Of a stretch of DNA of 64,000 bases, positions 44,422 through 53,840 are shown piece after piece. The stretch spans positions 105,047 to 169,046 of the forward strand of contig JAHEBZ010000004.1 of NCBI GenBank assembly GCA_024641985.1, read 5' to 3'. The position numbers were made by a program, and so were the translations under genes. The notes under the pieces are model-generated. The model was not told the DNA's origin. It saw only the letters and a program-made list of their open reading frames with translations, and searched no databases. Source of the stretch: Rhodoluna sp. (GTDB lineage Bacteria; Actinomycetota; Actinomycetes; Actinomycetales; Microbacteriaceae). Position 1 is the first letter of the stretch. Each line of letters starts with the position of its first letter.

Positions 44422-45681
44422 ATGCCGAACGAGCAGCAGCACGTGACCAACCTTGATTCATGGCTGGACTCATACGCTGCGCGCGCCGAAACCCTTGCGG
44501 TTTCAGAAGTTCGAGCCCTTTTCTCGGTGGTTTCTCGCCCCGAGGTGGTCTCACTCGCAGGCGGCATGCCCTATGTTGCGGCTCTTCCACAAGACTTGTT
44601 GGCCAAGGCCTACAACGACATGATGAAAGAAAAGGGCCTGCTGGCAATTCAATATGGCGGCGGCCAGGGCGACCAAAAGCTTCGCGAACAAATCCTTGAG
44701 CTAATGGCGCTCGAGGGCATCAATGCCTCGGTTGAAGACCTGGTTGTAACCACCGGCTCACAGCACGGCCTCGACATGCTGGCCGGGTTGTTCCTTGATG
44801 AAGGCGATGTTGTCTTGGCCGAAGGCCCAAGCTATGTTGGCGCAATCGGCATCTTTCGCCACTACGAAGCCCACATCGAGCACGTTTACACAGACCACGA
44901 CGGCATGAGCCCCGAGGCTTTGCAAGATTCGATCGACAAAATGAAGGCCCAGGGCAAGAAGATTAAATTCTTGTATTTGGTGCCAAACTTTGCCAACCCA
45001 TCTGGCGTAACCCTTTCGGCCGATCGCCGCCCAAAGATTCTCGAAATCTGCAAGCGCGAACATATTTTGATCATCGAAGACAACCCATACGGTCTTTTGT
45101 ATTTCGATAAGCCAGTGCCCGATGCTCTTCGCAGCATGGATGACGAGGGAATCGTTTATTTGGGTTCATTCTCGAAGATTTTGGCTCCTGGCTTTCGAGT
45201 TGGCTATGTTCTAGCCCCGCCCGCCATTCGCGACAAGATGGTTTTGGCTCAAGAGTCTGCGCTTCTTTGCCCATCGTCTTTCACCCAGATGATGATCAGC
45301 GAATACCTAGCCAACGCCGATTGGAAGGGCCAGATTGATACCTTCCGCGGTGTCTACAAAGAGCGCAAAGATGCCGCCCTCTCGGCAATGCACGAATACC
45401 TGCCGAACCTAGAAACCACGCGCCCAGATGGCGGTTTCTACCTGTGGGTAACCCTGCCAGAAGGCATAGATTCAAAGGCCATGTTGCCGCTTGCCGTTAA
45501 AGAACTAGTTGCCTACACACCCGGAACGGCGTTCTATGGCGATGGCACCGGGCAGCGTTATCTTCGAGTTTGTTATTCATACCCGACACCCGAAAACATT
45601 AAGGTTGGCATTAAGCGCCTAGCCAACGTGATTAATCTTCAAACAGACCTCATGGAAACCTTCTCAAATTCAGGGAGATAA
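44422..45681 (+). CDS. PLP-dependent aminotransferase, class I/II fold (2-aminoadipate/aromatic aminotransferase-like)
   Basis: 419 aa. It has VVTTGSQHGLD, NFANPSGVT, IIEDNPYG and SFSKILAPGFRVGY (PLP Lys). Confidence 0.8.
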   Translation: MPNEQQHVTNLDSWLDSYAARAETLAVSEVRALFSVVSRPEVVSLAGGMPYVAALPQDLLAKAYNDMMKEKGLLAIQYGGGQGDQKLREQILELMALEGINASVEDLVVTTGSQHGLDMLAGLFLDEGDVVLAEGPSYVGAIGIFRHYEAHIEHVYTDHDGMSPEALQDSIDKMKAQGKKIKFLYLVPNFANPSGVTLSADRRPKILEICKREHILIIEDNPYGLLYFDKPVPDALRSMDDEGIVYLGSFSKILAPGFRVGYVLAPPAIRDKMVLAQESALLCPSSFTQMMISEYLANADWKGQIDTFRGVYKERKDAALSAMHEYLPNLETTRPDGGFYLWVTLPEGIDSKAMLPLAVKELVAYTPGTAFYGDGTGQRYLRVCYSYPTPENIKVGIKRLANVINLQTDLMETFSNSGR

Positions 45682-45684
45682 GCG

Positions 45685-46659
45685 ATGATTCCCAAGGGCA
45701 ACAGCTCGAAGAAGCTAAAAGTTCAGATTTTGGCCGGCGGAATTTCACATGAGCGAGACATTTCACTGAAATCGGGGCGCAGAGTGGCCGACGCCCTGAC
45801 AGATTTTGGGGCGAATGTTGTAATTCGCGAGCCCGATTCACAGCTGCTCTCTAATATTTCGAAAGATGCCCCCGACGTAATTTGGCCTTGCCTGCATGGT
45901 GCGAGTGGCGAAGACGGCGCACTTCGAGACATTTTGGCGCTTTCGGGCGTGCCTTTTGTGGGTGCAACAGCCGATGCCGCGCGGTTGGCCTGGGATAAGT
46001 CGATTGCCAAGATATTGGTTTCGAAAGAGGGCATTCAAACGCCCGCCTCGGTTACTTTGCCCAAAGAAACCTTCAGAGAACTCGATGCCGATGCGGTTTT
46101 GAAGGCCATTTCTTCGTCGATCGCGCTGCCCGTTGTGGTTAAGCCGGCCAAGAGCGGCTCGGCACACGGCGTGTCGATTGTTCGCGAAGCCGCTGAGCTT
46201 TCGCGAGCCATGATCGATGCATATGTTTATTGCGATGTGGCCATCATTGAAAAGTTTGTCGAAGGCACAGAGTTGGCGATCAGCATTATTGACTTGGGGG
46301 CGGGGCCAACCGCGCTGCCTGCAGTCGAAATTGAGCCGCTGAAGGGCAACTTTGGTTACGACGAACGCTATATCGCTGGCGAAACTAACTATTACGTGCC
46401 TGCCCGCTTAGATTCTGCTGTTCTAGAGCGCGCCGCCAAGATGGCAATCAAGGCACATGAGGTTTTGGGTCTTCGCCACTTGTCTCGTGTTGATTTAATT
46501 GTTGACGAAAACGGAACCTGCTGGTTTCTTGAGGCTAATGTGCAGCCTGGCCTTACCGACACCTCGCTTATGCCACAGTCAATATTGGCTTCGGGCAACT
46601 CGCTGGCAAGCGCCTATTACTCAATTGTCGAAGCCGCGCAGCGCACAAAGGGCCTGTAA
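45685..46659 (+). CDS. ddl: D-alanine--D-alanine ligase
   Basis: 324 aa. It reads LHGASGEDGALRDILALSGVPFVG, has an ATP-grasp fold, and ends in FLEANVQPGLT. Confidence 0.9.
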   Translation: MIPKGNSSKKLKVQILAGGISHERDISLKSGRRVADALTDFGANVVIREPDSQLLSNISKDAPDVIWPCLHGASGEDGALRDILALSGVPFVGATADAARLAWDKSIAKILVSKEGIQTPASVTLPKETFRELDADAVLKAISSSIALPVVVKPAKSGSAHGVSIVREAAELSRAMIDAYVYCDVAIIEKFVEGTELAISIIDLGAGPTALPAVEIEPLKGNFGYDERYIAGETNYYVPARLDSAVLERAAKMAIKAHEVLGLRHLSRVDLIVDENGTCWFLEANVQPGLTDTSLMPQSILASGNSLASAYYSIVEAAQRTKGL

Positions 46660-46676
46660 CCCTCAAAACAGCAGCT

Positions 46677-46700
46677 ATTTGGCTCCACAGGAGCCATTTT
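46677..46700 (+). terminator. Intrinsic terminator after ddl
   Basis: TGGCTCC-ACA-GGAGCCA is followed by TTTT. Confidence 0.55.
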
Positions 46701-46718
46701 GCGGTGGTCTAGAGCGAA

Positions 46719-47669
46719 TTAGTTCTTTGTAATTATGCCGATGATGCGGTTAAGGTCGCCCACGGTAGCAAAATCGATGACCAATTGGCCCTTTTTCTTG
46801 CCCAAAACGATGCTGGCCTTGGTGTCTAGGTGATCGCCCACGCGCTCGGCCATTTCTTTCAAGGCATCTTGGCGGCCGCCGGCAACAATTTTGGCCTTGC
46901 TGGCCTTTGGCTTATCAAGCGCAACCAACTCTTCGAGCGATCGAACCGACAGGCCCTCGTTTACCACCTTCGTAGCAAAATATTCCATTCGGGCAACATC
47001 TTCGACACTGAGAATTGCTCGAGCGTGGCCCGCGCTTAGCACGCCAGCGGCAACGCGCTGTTGAACTGCCATCGGCAAACGCAACAGACGAATGGTGTTG
47101 GTGATCTGAGGTCTTGATCGGCCAAGGCGCTCGGCCAGTTGGTCTTGAGTGATGCCAAAATCGCTCAAAAGCTGCTGATAGGCGCTGGCTTCTTCGAGCG
47201 GGTTTAGGTTTGCTCGGTGAATGTTCTCTAATAGGGCGTCGCGAAGCATGTTGTCGTCTTCGGTTTCGCGAATAACCGCCGGAATCTTGTCGAGTCCGGC
47301 CTCTTTTGATGCCCGGAATCGACGCTCGCCCATGATTAGCTCATAGGCCGGTTTGCCATCTTTGTCTGCAATTGGGCGAACCGCGATTGGTTGAAGCACA
47401 CCGAATTCGCGAATTGAGTGAACCAACTCTTGAAATGCCTCTGGCTCGAACACCGAGCGCGGGTTTTGTGCATTTGGGGTGATCGAATCTAGGTCGAGAT
47501 AGCCAAAACGAGTGCCCGGAACAGCAACGAGGCTCTCTGCCGCGTCGGTGTTGGCCTCTTGGCTGCCGCCAGCCGGAAAAAACACATCGATTGGGCGCTC
47601 ATTTGGCGAAGTTGAGGTTGGAATCAACGCGCCAATGCCTCTGCCGAGGCCGACTTTCTTATCTGCCAT
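46719..47669 (-). CDS. parB: Chromosome partitioning protein ParB
   Basis: The sequence is MADKKVGLGRGIGALIP...GERRFRA...HTH. I placed the start at 47669 because GAGGAG lies 7 nt upstream. It overlaps the parA stop by 11 nt. Confidence 0.95.
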   Translation of the reverse strand: MADKKVGLGRGIGALIPTSTSPNERPIDVFFPAGGSQEANTDAAESLVAVPGTRFGYLDLDSITPNAQNPRSVFEPEAFQELVHSIREFGVLQPIAVRPIADKDGKPAYELIMGERRFRASKEAGLDKIPAVIRETEDDNMLRDALLENIHRANLNPLEEASAYQQLLSDFGITQDQLAERLGRSRPQITNTIRLLRLPMAVQQRVAAGVLSAGHARAILSVEDVARMEYFATKVVNEGLSVRSLEELVALDKPKASKAKIVAGGRQDALKEMAERVGDHLDTKASIVLGKKKGQLVIDFATVGDLNRIIGIITKN

Positions 47670-48549
47670 TTTGTGCTCCTCTTTGTGCAATTTCGATGGC
47701 TGCTTCTAGGTATGAGATTGCGCCGATAGATGATCGATCGTGCGAGATGACCGTGCGGCCAAAGCTTGGCGCCTCTGAAACGCGCACGTTTCGGGGGATA
47801 ACAACATTTAGGGTTTGGCTGGCAAAGTGCTCACGCACATCGTCAACAACCTGAGATGCAAGCTTGGTGCGCGAGTCATACATGGTTAAGAGAATTGTCG
47901 AAAGAACCAACTGCGGGTTTAGCGCCTGTTGAATTCTTTCGATGTTGCGAAGCAACTGCGACAGGCCCTCGAGCGCGTAATACTCGCATTGAATTGGCAA
48001 AAGCACTTCACGTGCAGCCACAAACGCGTTCACCGTTAGCAAGCCAAGGCTGGGAGGGCAGTCGATCAGAACATAATCTGGTGCGTTGCCGGCCAAAAGA
48101 TAGTTGTCGATGGCGGTTTTGAGCAACGAGTGCCACTTTTCGCGCGCGATTTGGGTAACAATCTCGATTTCGGCACCGGCCAGGTCAATAGTTGCCGGAA
48201 CAACGGCCAGGTTTGGGCTTTCAGGGCTTTGTTGAACTACATCAACCAATTCGGTTCCGTCGATCAAAACTTCATAGATGCCGGCGGTACCTTCTTGGTG
48301 CGGAATGCCCAGCGCGGTTGACGCGTTTCCTTGAGGATCTAGGTCGATGACCAAAACCTTCATGCCCTTGTCGGCTAACGCCGCGGCAAGGTTAACCGTT
48401 GAAGTGGTTTTGCCAACTCCGCCCTTTTGGTTCGAGAGCGAGATGATGCGGGTGTGCTTTGGCTTTGGGGGTTGCGCGGCGTTAGCTGCGGCCAATCGGC
48501 GAGTGCTATCGGCAAGATCTCGGGCTAGGGGAGTCTCATTAATTGACAT
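47659..48549 (-). CDS. parA: Chromosome partitioning ATPase ParA (Soj)
   Basis: 296 aa. The deviant Walker A is NQKGGVGKTT, and DLDPQGN is present. Confidence 0.95.
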   Translation of the reverse strand: MSINETPLARDLADSTRRLAAANAAQPPKPKHTRIISLSNQKGGVGKTTSTVNLAAALADKGMKVLVIDLDPQGNASTALGIPHQEGTAGIYEVLIDGTELVDVVQQSPESPNLAVVPATIDLAGAEIEIVTQIAREKWHSLLKTAIDNYLLAGNAPDYVLIDCPPSLGLLTVNAFVAAREVLLPIQCEYYALEGLSQLLRNIERIQQALNPQLVLSTILLTMYDSRTKLASQVVDDVREHFASQTLNVVIPRNVRVSEAPSFGRTVISHDRSSIGAISYLEAAIEIAQRGAQNGR

Positions 48550-48579
48550 GATTTCCCCGCTTAGCTGTTTTCTCGCGAA

Positions 48580-48595
48580 TGTTTCACGTGAAACA
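48580..48595. promoter_or_regulatory. parS site, perfect TGTTTCACGTGAAACA
   Basis: It sits inside a 24-bp perfect palindrome (48576-48599), between the rsmG stop and the parA start. Confidence 0.9.
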
Positions 48596-48610
48596 TTCGG
48601 TGCACTGGCA

Positions 48611-49276
48611 CTAGATAAGTTTAGTGCGAACCACGAGGGTAGGCTCGGCCAAGAATTCGGCTCCGGTGTGAAGAATCTCGAAGCCGCTGATCTTGAGCTT
48701 CTTTTGCAACTTCTTTGCCTCTTCGATTTCGTCGGCGGCCTTTGAGCCCTTTAGGGCAATAATCTCGCCGCCATCGCGGGTGAGCGGCACTGTCATTCGC
48801 AATAACTTTGGTAGCGCCGAGACCGCACGGGCTGTAACGATATCGAATACCTCGCCAACCTCTTCGGCACGAGCTCGGTGCACGCGCACATTGGTCAAGC
48901 CAAGCGAATCAACCTGCTCTTGAAGCCAATTCGAGCGACGCTCCATCGGCTCAATCAGCACATAGGTTGCCCCTGGCTGCGCAATCGCCATCGGAATTCC
49001 GGGTAGCCCGGCACCCGAACCAACGTCGGCCACCTTTTTGCCAGGTTCAACCAATTCGGCAACCACGGCCGAGTTGAGAATGTGGCGTGTCCAGAGCTTA
49101 GGCATTTCACGCGGGCCAAGCAGGCCGAGTTCGTCACCGTCTCGAACCAAGGCAGCCGCATAAGCGCGAGCCTTGTCGATGCCGGCGCCAAAAATTAGGC
49201 TGGCAGAGGCTGGCTCAACTTCGACCTCAAATGTTTCACGTGAAACATTTACATCATCAGACTGCTGAACCGACAT
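48611..49276 (-). CDS. rsmG: 16S rRNA (guanine527-N7)-methyltransferase RsmG (GidB)
   Basis: 221 aa. It has GPRE...LWTRHILNS and the SAM motif VADVGSGAGLPG. Confidence 0.9.
   Translation of the reverse strand: MSVQQSDDVNVSRETFEVEVEPASASLIFGAGIDKARAYAAALVRDGDELGLLGPREMPKLWTRHILNSAVVAELVEPGKKVADVGSGAGLPGIPMAIAQPGATYVLIEPMERRSNWLQEQVDSLGLTNVRVHRARAEEVGEVFDIVTARAVSALPKLLRMTVPLTRDGGEIIALKGSKAADEIEEAKKLQKKLKISGFEILHTGAEFLAEPTLVVRTKLI
49232..49247. promoter_or_regulatory. parS site, perfect TGTTTCACGTGAAACA, inside the rsmG 5' coding region
   Basis: It lies within a 22-bp perfect palindrome (49229-49250). It is translated as N-V-S-R-E-T-F in RsmG. Confidence 0.85.
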
Positions 49277-49281
49277 TTTTA

Positions 49282-49812
49282 TTACTGCGCAGGCTTAACC
49301 ACAATGTGGCGGTCGCGGCCTTCGCCCTCAGATTCAGACACTAGGCCGGCCTCAGAGATGATGTCGTGAACGATTTTGCGCTCGTATGAAGACATTGGCT
49401 TCATTGGGGCGCTGACGCCAGAGTCTTTAACCTTGTCGATCACCTTGTTGACCATGCGGGTCAACTCTGCAACGCGAGCCTGGCGCGAGCCGCCGACATC
49501 GAGAATCAAACGGCTGAAGCTGGTGGTCTTTACCTGCACGGCAAGGCGGGTTAACTCTTGAAGTGCCTCAACTGTCTCTGGGTCTGAGATCAAACGCAGG
49601 TTTGAATCCTGGCTAGAGGTGACCTCTAGGTAGGCGCGGCCCTGACGAACATCGATGTCGATGTCGCCATCGAGGTCATAAATATCTAGAAACTCTTCTA
49701 GATAGTCAGCGGCTATGTCGCCTTCTTCTTCGAGAGCCTTAGCCGAGGTAGCGGCATCGTCGGTTGCCACAACTTCTTCAACTGCTTCTGGAGTTACGTC
49801 TTCTTTAGTCAT
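49282..49812 (-). CDS. jag: Jag/KhpB-type RNA-binding protein (KH + R3H domains)
   Basis: 176 aa. It has an acidic N-terminus and the C-terminal R3H motif YERKIVHDIISEAG...RHIVV. Confidence 0.85.
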   Translation of the reverse strand: MTKEDVTPEAVEEVVATDDAATSAKALEEEGDIAADYLEEFLDIYDLDGDIDIDVRQGRAYLEVTSSQDSNLRLISDPETVEALQELTRLAVQVKTTSFSRLILDVGGSRQARVAELTRMVNKVIDKVKDSGVSAPMKPMSSYERKIVHDIISEAGLVSESEGEGRDRHIVVKPAQ

Positions 49813-49820
49813 TAGGAGTC

Positions 49821-50780
49821 CTATTTCTTAGGGGTAGTTGGCTTTTTGACGGCAGGCTTTTTAGCGCGTGCCTTTGAGGCTGGTTGCACACGCTGGCGTG
49901 GCTTTGCCTCTTCGATTTCTTCAACGGTTGGCTCTACAGCCTTAGGCAACTTGCCCTTTTTGGCAAGGCGCGCCTGCTGGGCATCGTGTGCCTGAGAGCC
50001 AGGAGTTGGCATGTTGCGAATAACCACAAACTGCTGACCCATTGTCCAGAAGTTTGAAGCTAGCCAGTAGAACATAACTCCGAGTGGGAATGAGATGCCA
50101 GAGATCATGAAGATAAGCGGGAAGACATAAAGCATGATCTTTTGGGTTTGCATGTATTGCGAAGTTTGGGTGGCTGGGTTCTGGTTCTTAGCCAGAATCT
50201 GCTTTTGGGTGATGAACTGCGATGCGGTCATCGCCACAATCATGATTGCGGCAAGGATCTTTACCTCTAGCAAGTCGCTAGATAGGAAGGTGTCTTTTAG
50301 GGGAGCACCGAAAAGGTTCGAGCTGGCAAAAGCCTGGGCCAAATCGAGGTTTAGTAGGCCAACGCCGCCCTTGCCCGAAGTAATCGAGTGCTGGGCATCG
50401 TTTAGCGTGAAAAACAGGGCCGAGAAGATCGGCATCTGAATAAGCAGCGGCAGGCAAGAACTTAGCGGGTTTGAACCGGTTTTCTTGTAGAGCTCCATCT
50501 GCTCTTTGGCGAATTTTTCGCGTGAATCGCGGTCGGTTTTGCCCTTGTATTTCTTTTGAAGCTTCTGAAGCTCGGGCTGAGCCGCAAGCATGTTGCGCTG
50601 GCTCTTGATTTGCTTCACAAAAACCGGAATCAGGGCGGCGCGAACAATCACGGTGAGGCCAATGATTGAAAGAACCCATGTGATGCCTTCAGCGGCACCA
50701 AGGCCGAAGAAAGTAAAAATGCTGTGGAAGGTTACGAGTACAAGCTCGATTACCCATTTGATCGGAAACAGAAGATCCAT
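49821..50780 (-). CDS. yidC: Membrane protein insertase YidC
   Basis: 319 aa. It has the 60-kDa-IMP core (GCLPLLIQMPIF type: SCLPLLIQMPIFSALF) and a basic C-terminal tail. Confidence 0.9.
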   Translation of the reverse strand: MDLLFPIKWVIELVLVTFHSIFTFFGLGAAEGITWVLSIIGLTVIVRAALIPVFVKQIKSQRNMLAAQPELQKLQKKYKGKTDRDSREKFAKEQMELYKKTGSNPLSSCLPLLIQMPIFSALFFTLNDAQHSITSGKGGVGLLNLDLAQAFASSNLFGAPLKDTFLSSDLLEVKILAAIMIVAMTASQFITQKQILAKNQNPATQTSQYMQTQKIMLYVFPLIFMISGISFPLGVMFYWLASNFWTMGQQFVVIRNMPTPGSQAHDAQQARLAKKGKLPKAVEPTVEEIEEAKPRQRVQPASKARAKKPAVKKPTTPKK

Positions 50781-50782
50781 TG

Positions 50783-51085
50783 CTAACCCTTCTTAAGGTT
50801 TGGTACTACGAAGCCTGCCGCGTTAACTCGCCACAAACTTGAACCTGGTTTAACCTCGTCGACGCCACCTTGCGACCACGGGTTACAGCGCAAAATTCTC
50901 CAAGCGGTCAAAACCGCTCCAAGAACCACGCCACGTTGTTGAAATTGACCAAGGCCGTATGCCGAGCAGGTGGGGTAATACCTGCAGACATCTCCATAAA
51001 GCGGAGAGATCACTTTGCGGTACAGCTTGACCAAGGCAACAACTAAGTTTCTTGGTGCTAGCCAGAGCATCAGCAAGAGCTTCAA
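50783..51085 (-). CDS. yidD: Membrane protein insertion efficiency factor YidD
   Basis: 100 aa. It reads [22 protein letters not shown]...RCNPW. Confidence 0.9.
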   Translation of the reverse strand: MKLLLMLWLAPRNLVVALVKLYRKVISPLYGDVCRYYPTCSAYGLGQFQQRGVVLGAVLTAWRILRCNPWSQGGVDEVKPGSSLWRVNAAGFVVPNLKKG

Positions 51086-51432
51086 CTGCCGGCTACCTTG
51101 TTTGCCGCAGCGGTTGCCGCGGTTCTAAGTTCTTCTCGAAGTTTATTCCAGTCAATCTCGGCTGCCCCTGGCAAAGCCCTAACCACGCCGTCAAAACTGT
51201 TACCCAGTTCGGGCAACAATTCACGGATGATTTCACGCATGCGGCGTTTGACGAGATTTCGCTTGACTGCGCCACCCACGGTTTTGGCTACGACAAAGCC
51301 AAAGCGGGTATGAGGCTGGGCCTCATCCCGCTTTAGGTAGATGACTAGGTGGTCTGAGCCGGCTTTGCGACCCTGCTTCATGGTTGAACGAAAGTCGTCA
51401 GCCTTGATCAGGCGGTTTTCGCGGGCCAACAT
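51082..51432 (-). CDS. rnpA: Ribonuclease P protein component
   Basis: 116 aa. It reads [25 protein letters not shown]. Its position after rpmH supports the call. Confidence 0.9.
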   Translation of the reverse strand: MLARENRLIKADDFRSTMKQGRKAGSDHLVIYLKRDEAQPHTRFGFVVAKTVGGAVKRNLVKRRMREIIRELLPELGNSFDGVVRALPGAAEIDWNKLREELRTAATAAANKVAGS

Positions 51433-51463
51433 GATTAGTTAGCTTGCGGCTCTAAAACCGAAT

Positions 51464-51601
51464 TTAAGCTGAAAGCTCGGTGCGGCCCTTTGCGCGACGT
51501 GCTGAAAGAATCGCACGACCGGCACGGGTCTTCATACGTAGACGGAAACCGTGGGTCTTTGCACGACGACGGTTGTTCGGCTGGAAAGTACGCTTTGACA
51601 T
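51464..51601 (-). CDS. rpmH: 50S ribosomal protein L34
   Basis: The internal start gives the 45-aa [45 protein letters not shown]. Confidence 0.95.
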   Translation of the reverse strand: MSKRTFQPNNRRRAKTHGFRLRMKTRAGRAILSARRAKGRTELSA

Positions 51602-51895
51602 TGATCTTCTCCGTTGTAAAAACTTGCAAGTTTTTGAGGGGCACGTTCGTGTCGGTGACCCGACCAAAAGTGTTGCCTGGTTCCCCTTATTCAGAGCAAC
51701 CTGTTAAACCTACGCCTTAACTGCCTAGCCGGTCAAGTTTTAAGCGGGCATTTTGATAAAAACTTCAAAAGTATTCCACGAATTATTACGACTCCCGATG
51801 AATGACACACCGTGTTAATTTGCATATTTGACCCCTACAGGAGTTGAATCGTCTTCTGTGCATTTTTGCGAATATTGAAATTGCTCGGGGGACAG

Positions 51896-51940
51896 TTATA
51901 CACAGTTTTCCACATGGTGGATAACTTTGTGGAAAACTAA
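51896..51940. promoter_or_regulatory. DnaA-box cluster upstream of dnaA (left part of the origin / dnaA autoregulation)
   Basis: TTATACACA starts at 51896 and TTTTCCACA at 51907. They are followed by GGTGGATAA and TGTGGAAAA in the opposite orientation. Confidence 0.65.
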
Positions 51941-51991
51941 GCAATAATCAGCAAGTAACGGGGAACCAACCCTGTTGAGAACTTTTAGGGA

Positions 51992-53431
51992 ATGGTCATG
52001 GCGGAACACGATGTAGTCGCAGGTTTGTGGCTAAACGTGGTCACCAAATTGCAGGGTGATGACCGACTAACCCCCCAAATTTTGGGTTACATTCGCCTGG
52101 TCGAACCCAAGGGCGTTTTGGGCGACACTCTCTACCTCGAGGTTCCAAACGACCTGACCCGCGAAATCCTAAACAACCGAGTTCGCCCATCCATTCTTGA
52201 TGCCATGGCAGGCAATGCCGATTTTGGTGGAGCGATCAACTTTGCAGTGGTCGTAAACCCCGAAATTGAGCCGGCTTTCGCGCCCGCCCAGAGCAACTAC
52301 CAAGAGCAAGAGCCGCTAGCTCCCGTGTCACAAATCGGAGCTCCCCTTATCTATGCTGCACCCGCGGTTGCCACCACGGTAAACACATTTGATACCCGAC
52401 TTAACCCCAGCTACACATTCGAAACCTTTGTAACCGGCGATTCAAACCGCTTTGCTCATGCGGCAGCCTTTGCGGCATCCGAGGCACCTGGCAAGGCCTA
52501 TAACCCGCTGTTTATCTATGGCGACTCTGGCCTTGGCAAAACCCACCTGCTTCACGCCATCGGCCACTATGCACTCAGCCTTTACCCGCGCATCAAGGTT
52601 CGCTATGTTTCGAGCGAAGAGTTCACCAACGATTTCATCAACGCCATCGGAAGCAACCGGTCAAGCGCCTTTCAAGAGACTTACCGCGACATCGACCTGC
52701 TTTTGATCGACGACATTCAGTTTTTGCAAGGCAAAGACCAAACCCAAGAGGCGTTCTTTCACACGTTCAACACTCTGCACAACCACAACAAACAGGTTGT
52801 TATTACCTCAGATCTAGAGCCAAAGCTGTTAACCGGTTTCGAAGATCGCATGCTTTCTCGCTTCGAGTGGGGCCTTAAAACCGACATTCAAGCACCAGCT
52901 CTCGAAACCCGAATCGCCATCTTGCGCAAAAAAGCCGAACGCGACAAAGTCACCATTTCTGATGAAATTCTCGAATATGTTGCCGCTCGCGTGTCTAGCA
53001 ACATTCGCGAACTCGAGGGCACCCTAATTCGAATCACGGCTTTTGCCGGTCTACAGCGCCAAAAGGTAGATATGCCCCTGGTTCAAAGCATTCTCAAAGA
53101 TGCCATGCCAGTAGAAGAAAACATTGTGGTTACGCCGGTAGACATCATCAACACTGTGGCAACCTATTACAAGATCACCCCGGATGATCTTTATGGATCT
53201 TCTCGCATAGCTGCAATTGCCCTAGCTCGCCAGATTGCAATGTATATCTGTCGCGAACAAACGAATCTTTCGCTGCCAAAAATTGGTCAGCTATTTGGTG
53301 GCCGCGACCACACAACGGTTATGTATGCAAATCGCAAAATTGCCGAAAACATGCAAGAGCGTCACTATGTTTACAACCAGGTAACCGAGATCATCGATCG
53401 CGTTAAGACTCTCTCAAAGAGCAATCGCTAA
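51992..53431 (+). CDS. dnaA: Chromosomal replication initiator DnaA
   Basis: 479 aa. It has Walker A GDSGLGKTHLL, DDIQFL, and the C-terminal DNA-binding helix HTTVMYA. The start could be 51998. Confidence 0.95.
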   Translation: MVMAEHDVVAGLWLNVVTKLQGDDRLTPQILGYIRLVEPKGVLGDTLYLEVPNDLTREILNNRVRPSILDAMAGNADFGGAINFAVVVNPEIEPAFAPAQSNYQEQEPLAPVSQIGAPLIYAAPAVATTVNTFDTRLNPSYTFETFVTGDSNRFAHAAAFAASEAPGKAYNPLFIYGDSGLGKTHLLHAIGHYALSLYPRIKVRYVSSEEFTNDFINAIGSNRSSAFQETYRDIDLLLIDDIQFLQGKDQTQEAFFHTFNTLHNHNKQVVITSDLEPKLLTGFEDRMLSRFEWGLKTDIQAPALETRIAILRKKAERDKVTISDEILEYVAARVSSNIRELEGTLIRITAFAGLQRQKVDMPLVQSILKDAMPVEENIVVTPVDIINTVATYYKITPDDLYGSSRIAAIALARQIAMYICREQTNLSLPKIGQLFGGRDHTTVMYANRKIAENMQERHYVYNQVTEIIDRVKTLSKSNR

Positions 53432-53840
53432 AACTAGCGCAATATTTCCTAAAAAATATCTGTTCACAACCCTGTGGATAACTGTGGATAATTTTCTAAT
53501 TACAGTGAACTAATGGGTTAACGCCTGTGTTGAATAAATTCACATTCCACAACCACCAAAGTTATCCACAGAATTATGCACACATGTGTAAACAACTCAC
53601 AACGATGTAGTTCCATTGTGTTTATTGGTAAGTTCCAAGTTATTCACATATTCCACAGCTGTTAATGGTGTTGTTTTAAGTATTTAAATATTTGAGAAAT
53701 TAGATAACGAATACAGTTTTTAAAAAACCTGGGCAATCGGGCATCAATCGGCTTTAAATCAACGATTTAGGGCCAATCTGTGCCAAGATTAAGGCCTAGA
53801 AACCTATGTCTGGCCATGGCCAGTAGATTCGGGGAAAGCT
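53432..53840. other. oriC (dnaA-dnaN intergenic region): DnaA boxes plus an AT-rich unwinding region
   Basis: Exact TTATNCACA boxes start at 53473, 53483, 53562, 53574 and 53640, with several one- or two-mismatch boxes. The AT-rich stretch is at ~53675-53740 (TTTTAAGTATTTAAATATTTGAGAAATTAGATAA...TTTTTAAAAAA). Confidence 0.85.

Noticed and set aside
51435-51720. Several 60-76-aa ORFs on both strands overlapping rpmH and its upstream region.
   Set aside because: They overlap the unmistakable L34 reading frame or the DnaA-box/promoter region. Their translations are Arg-rich, and they have no SD or family resemblance.
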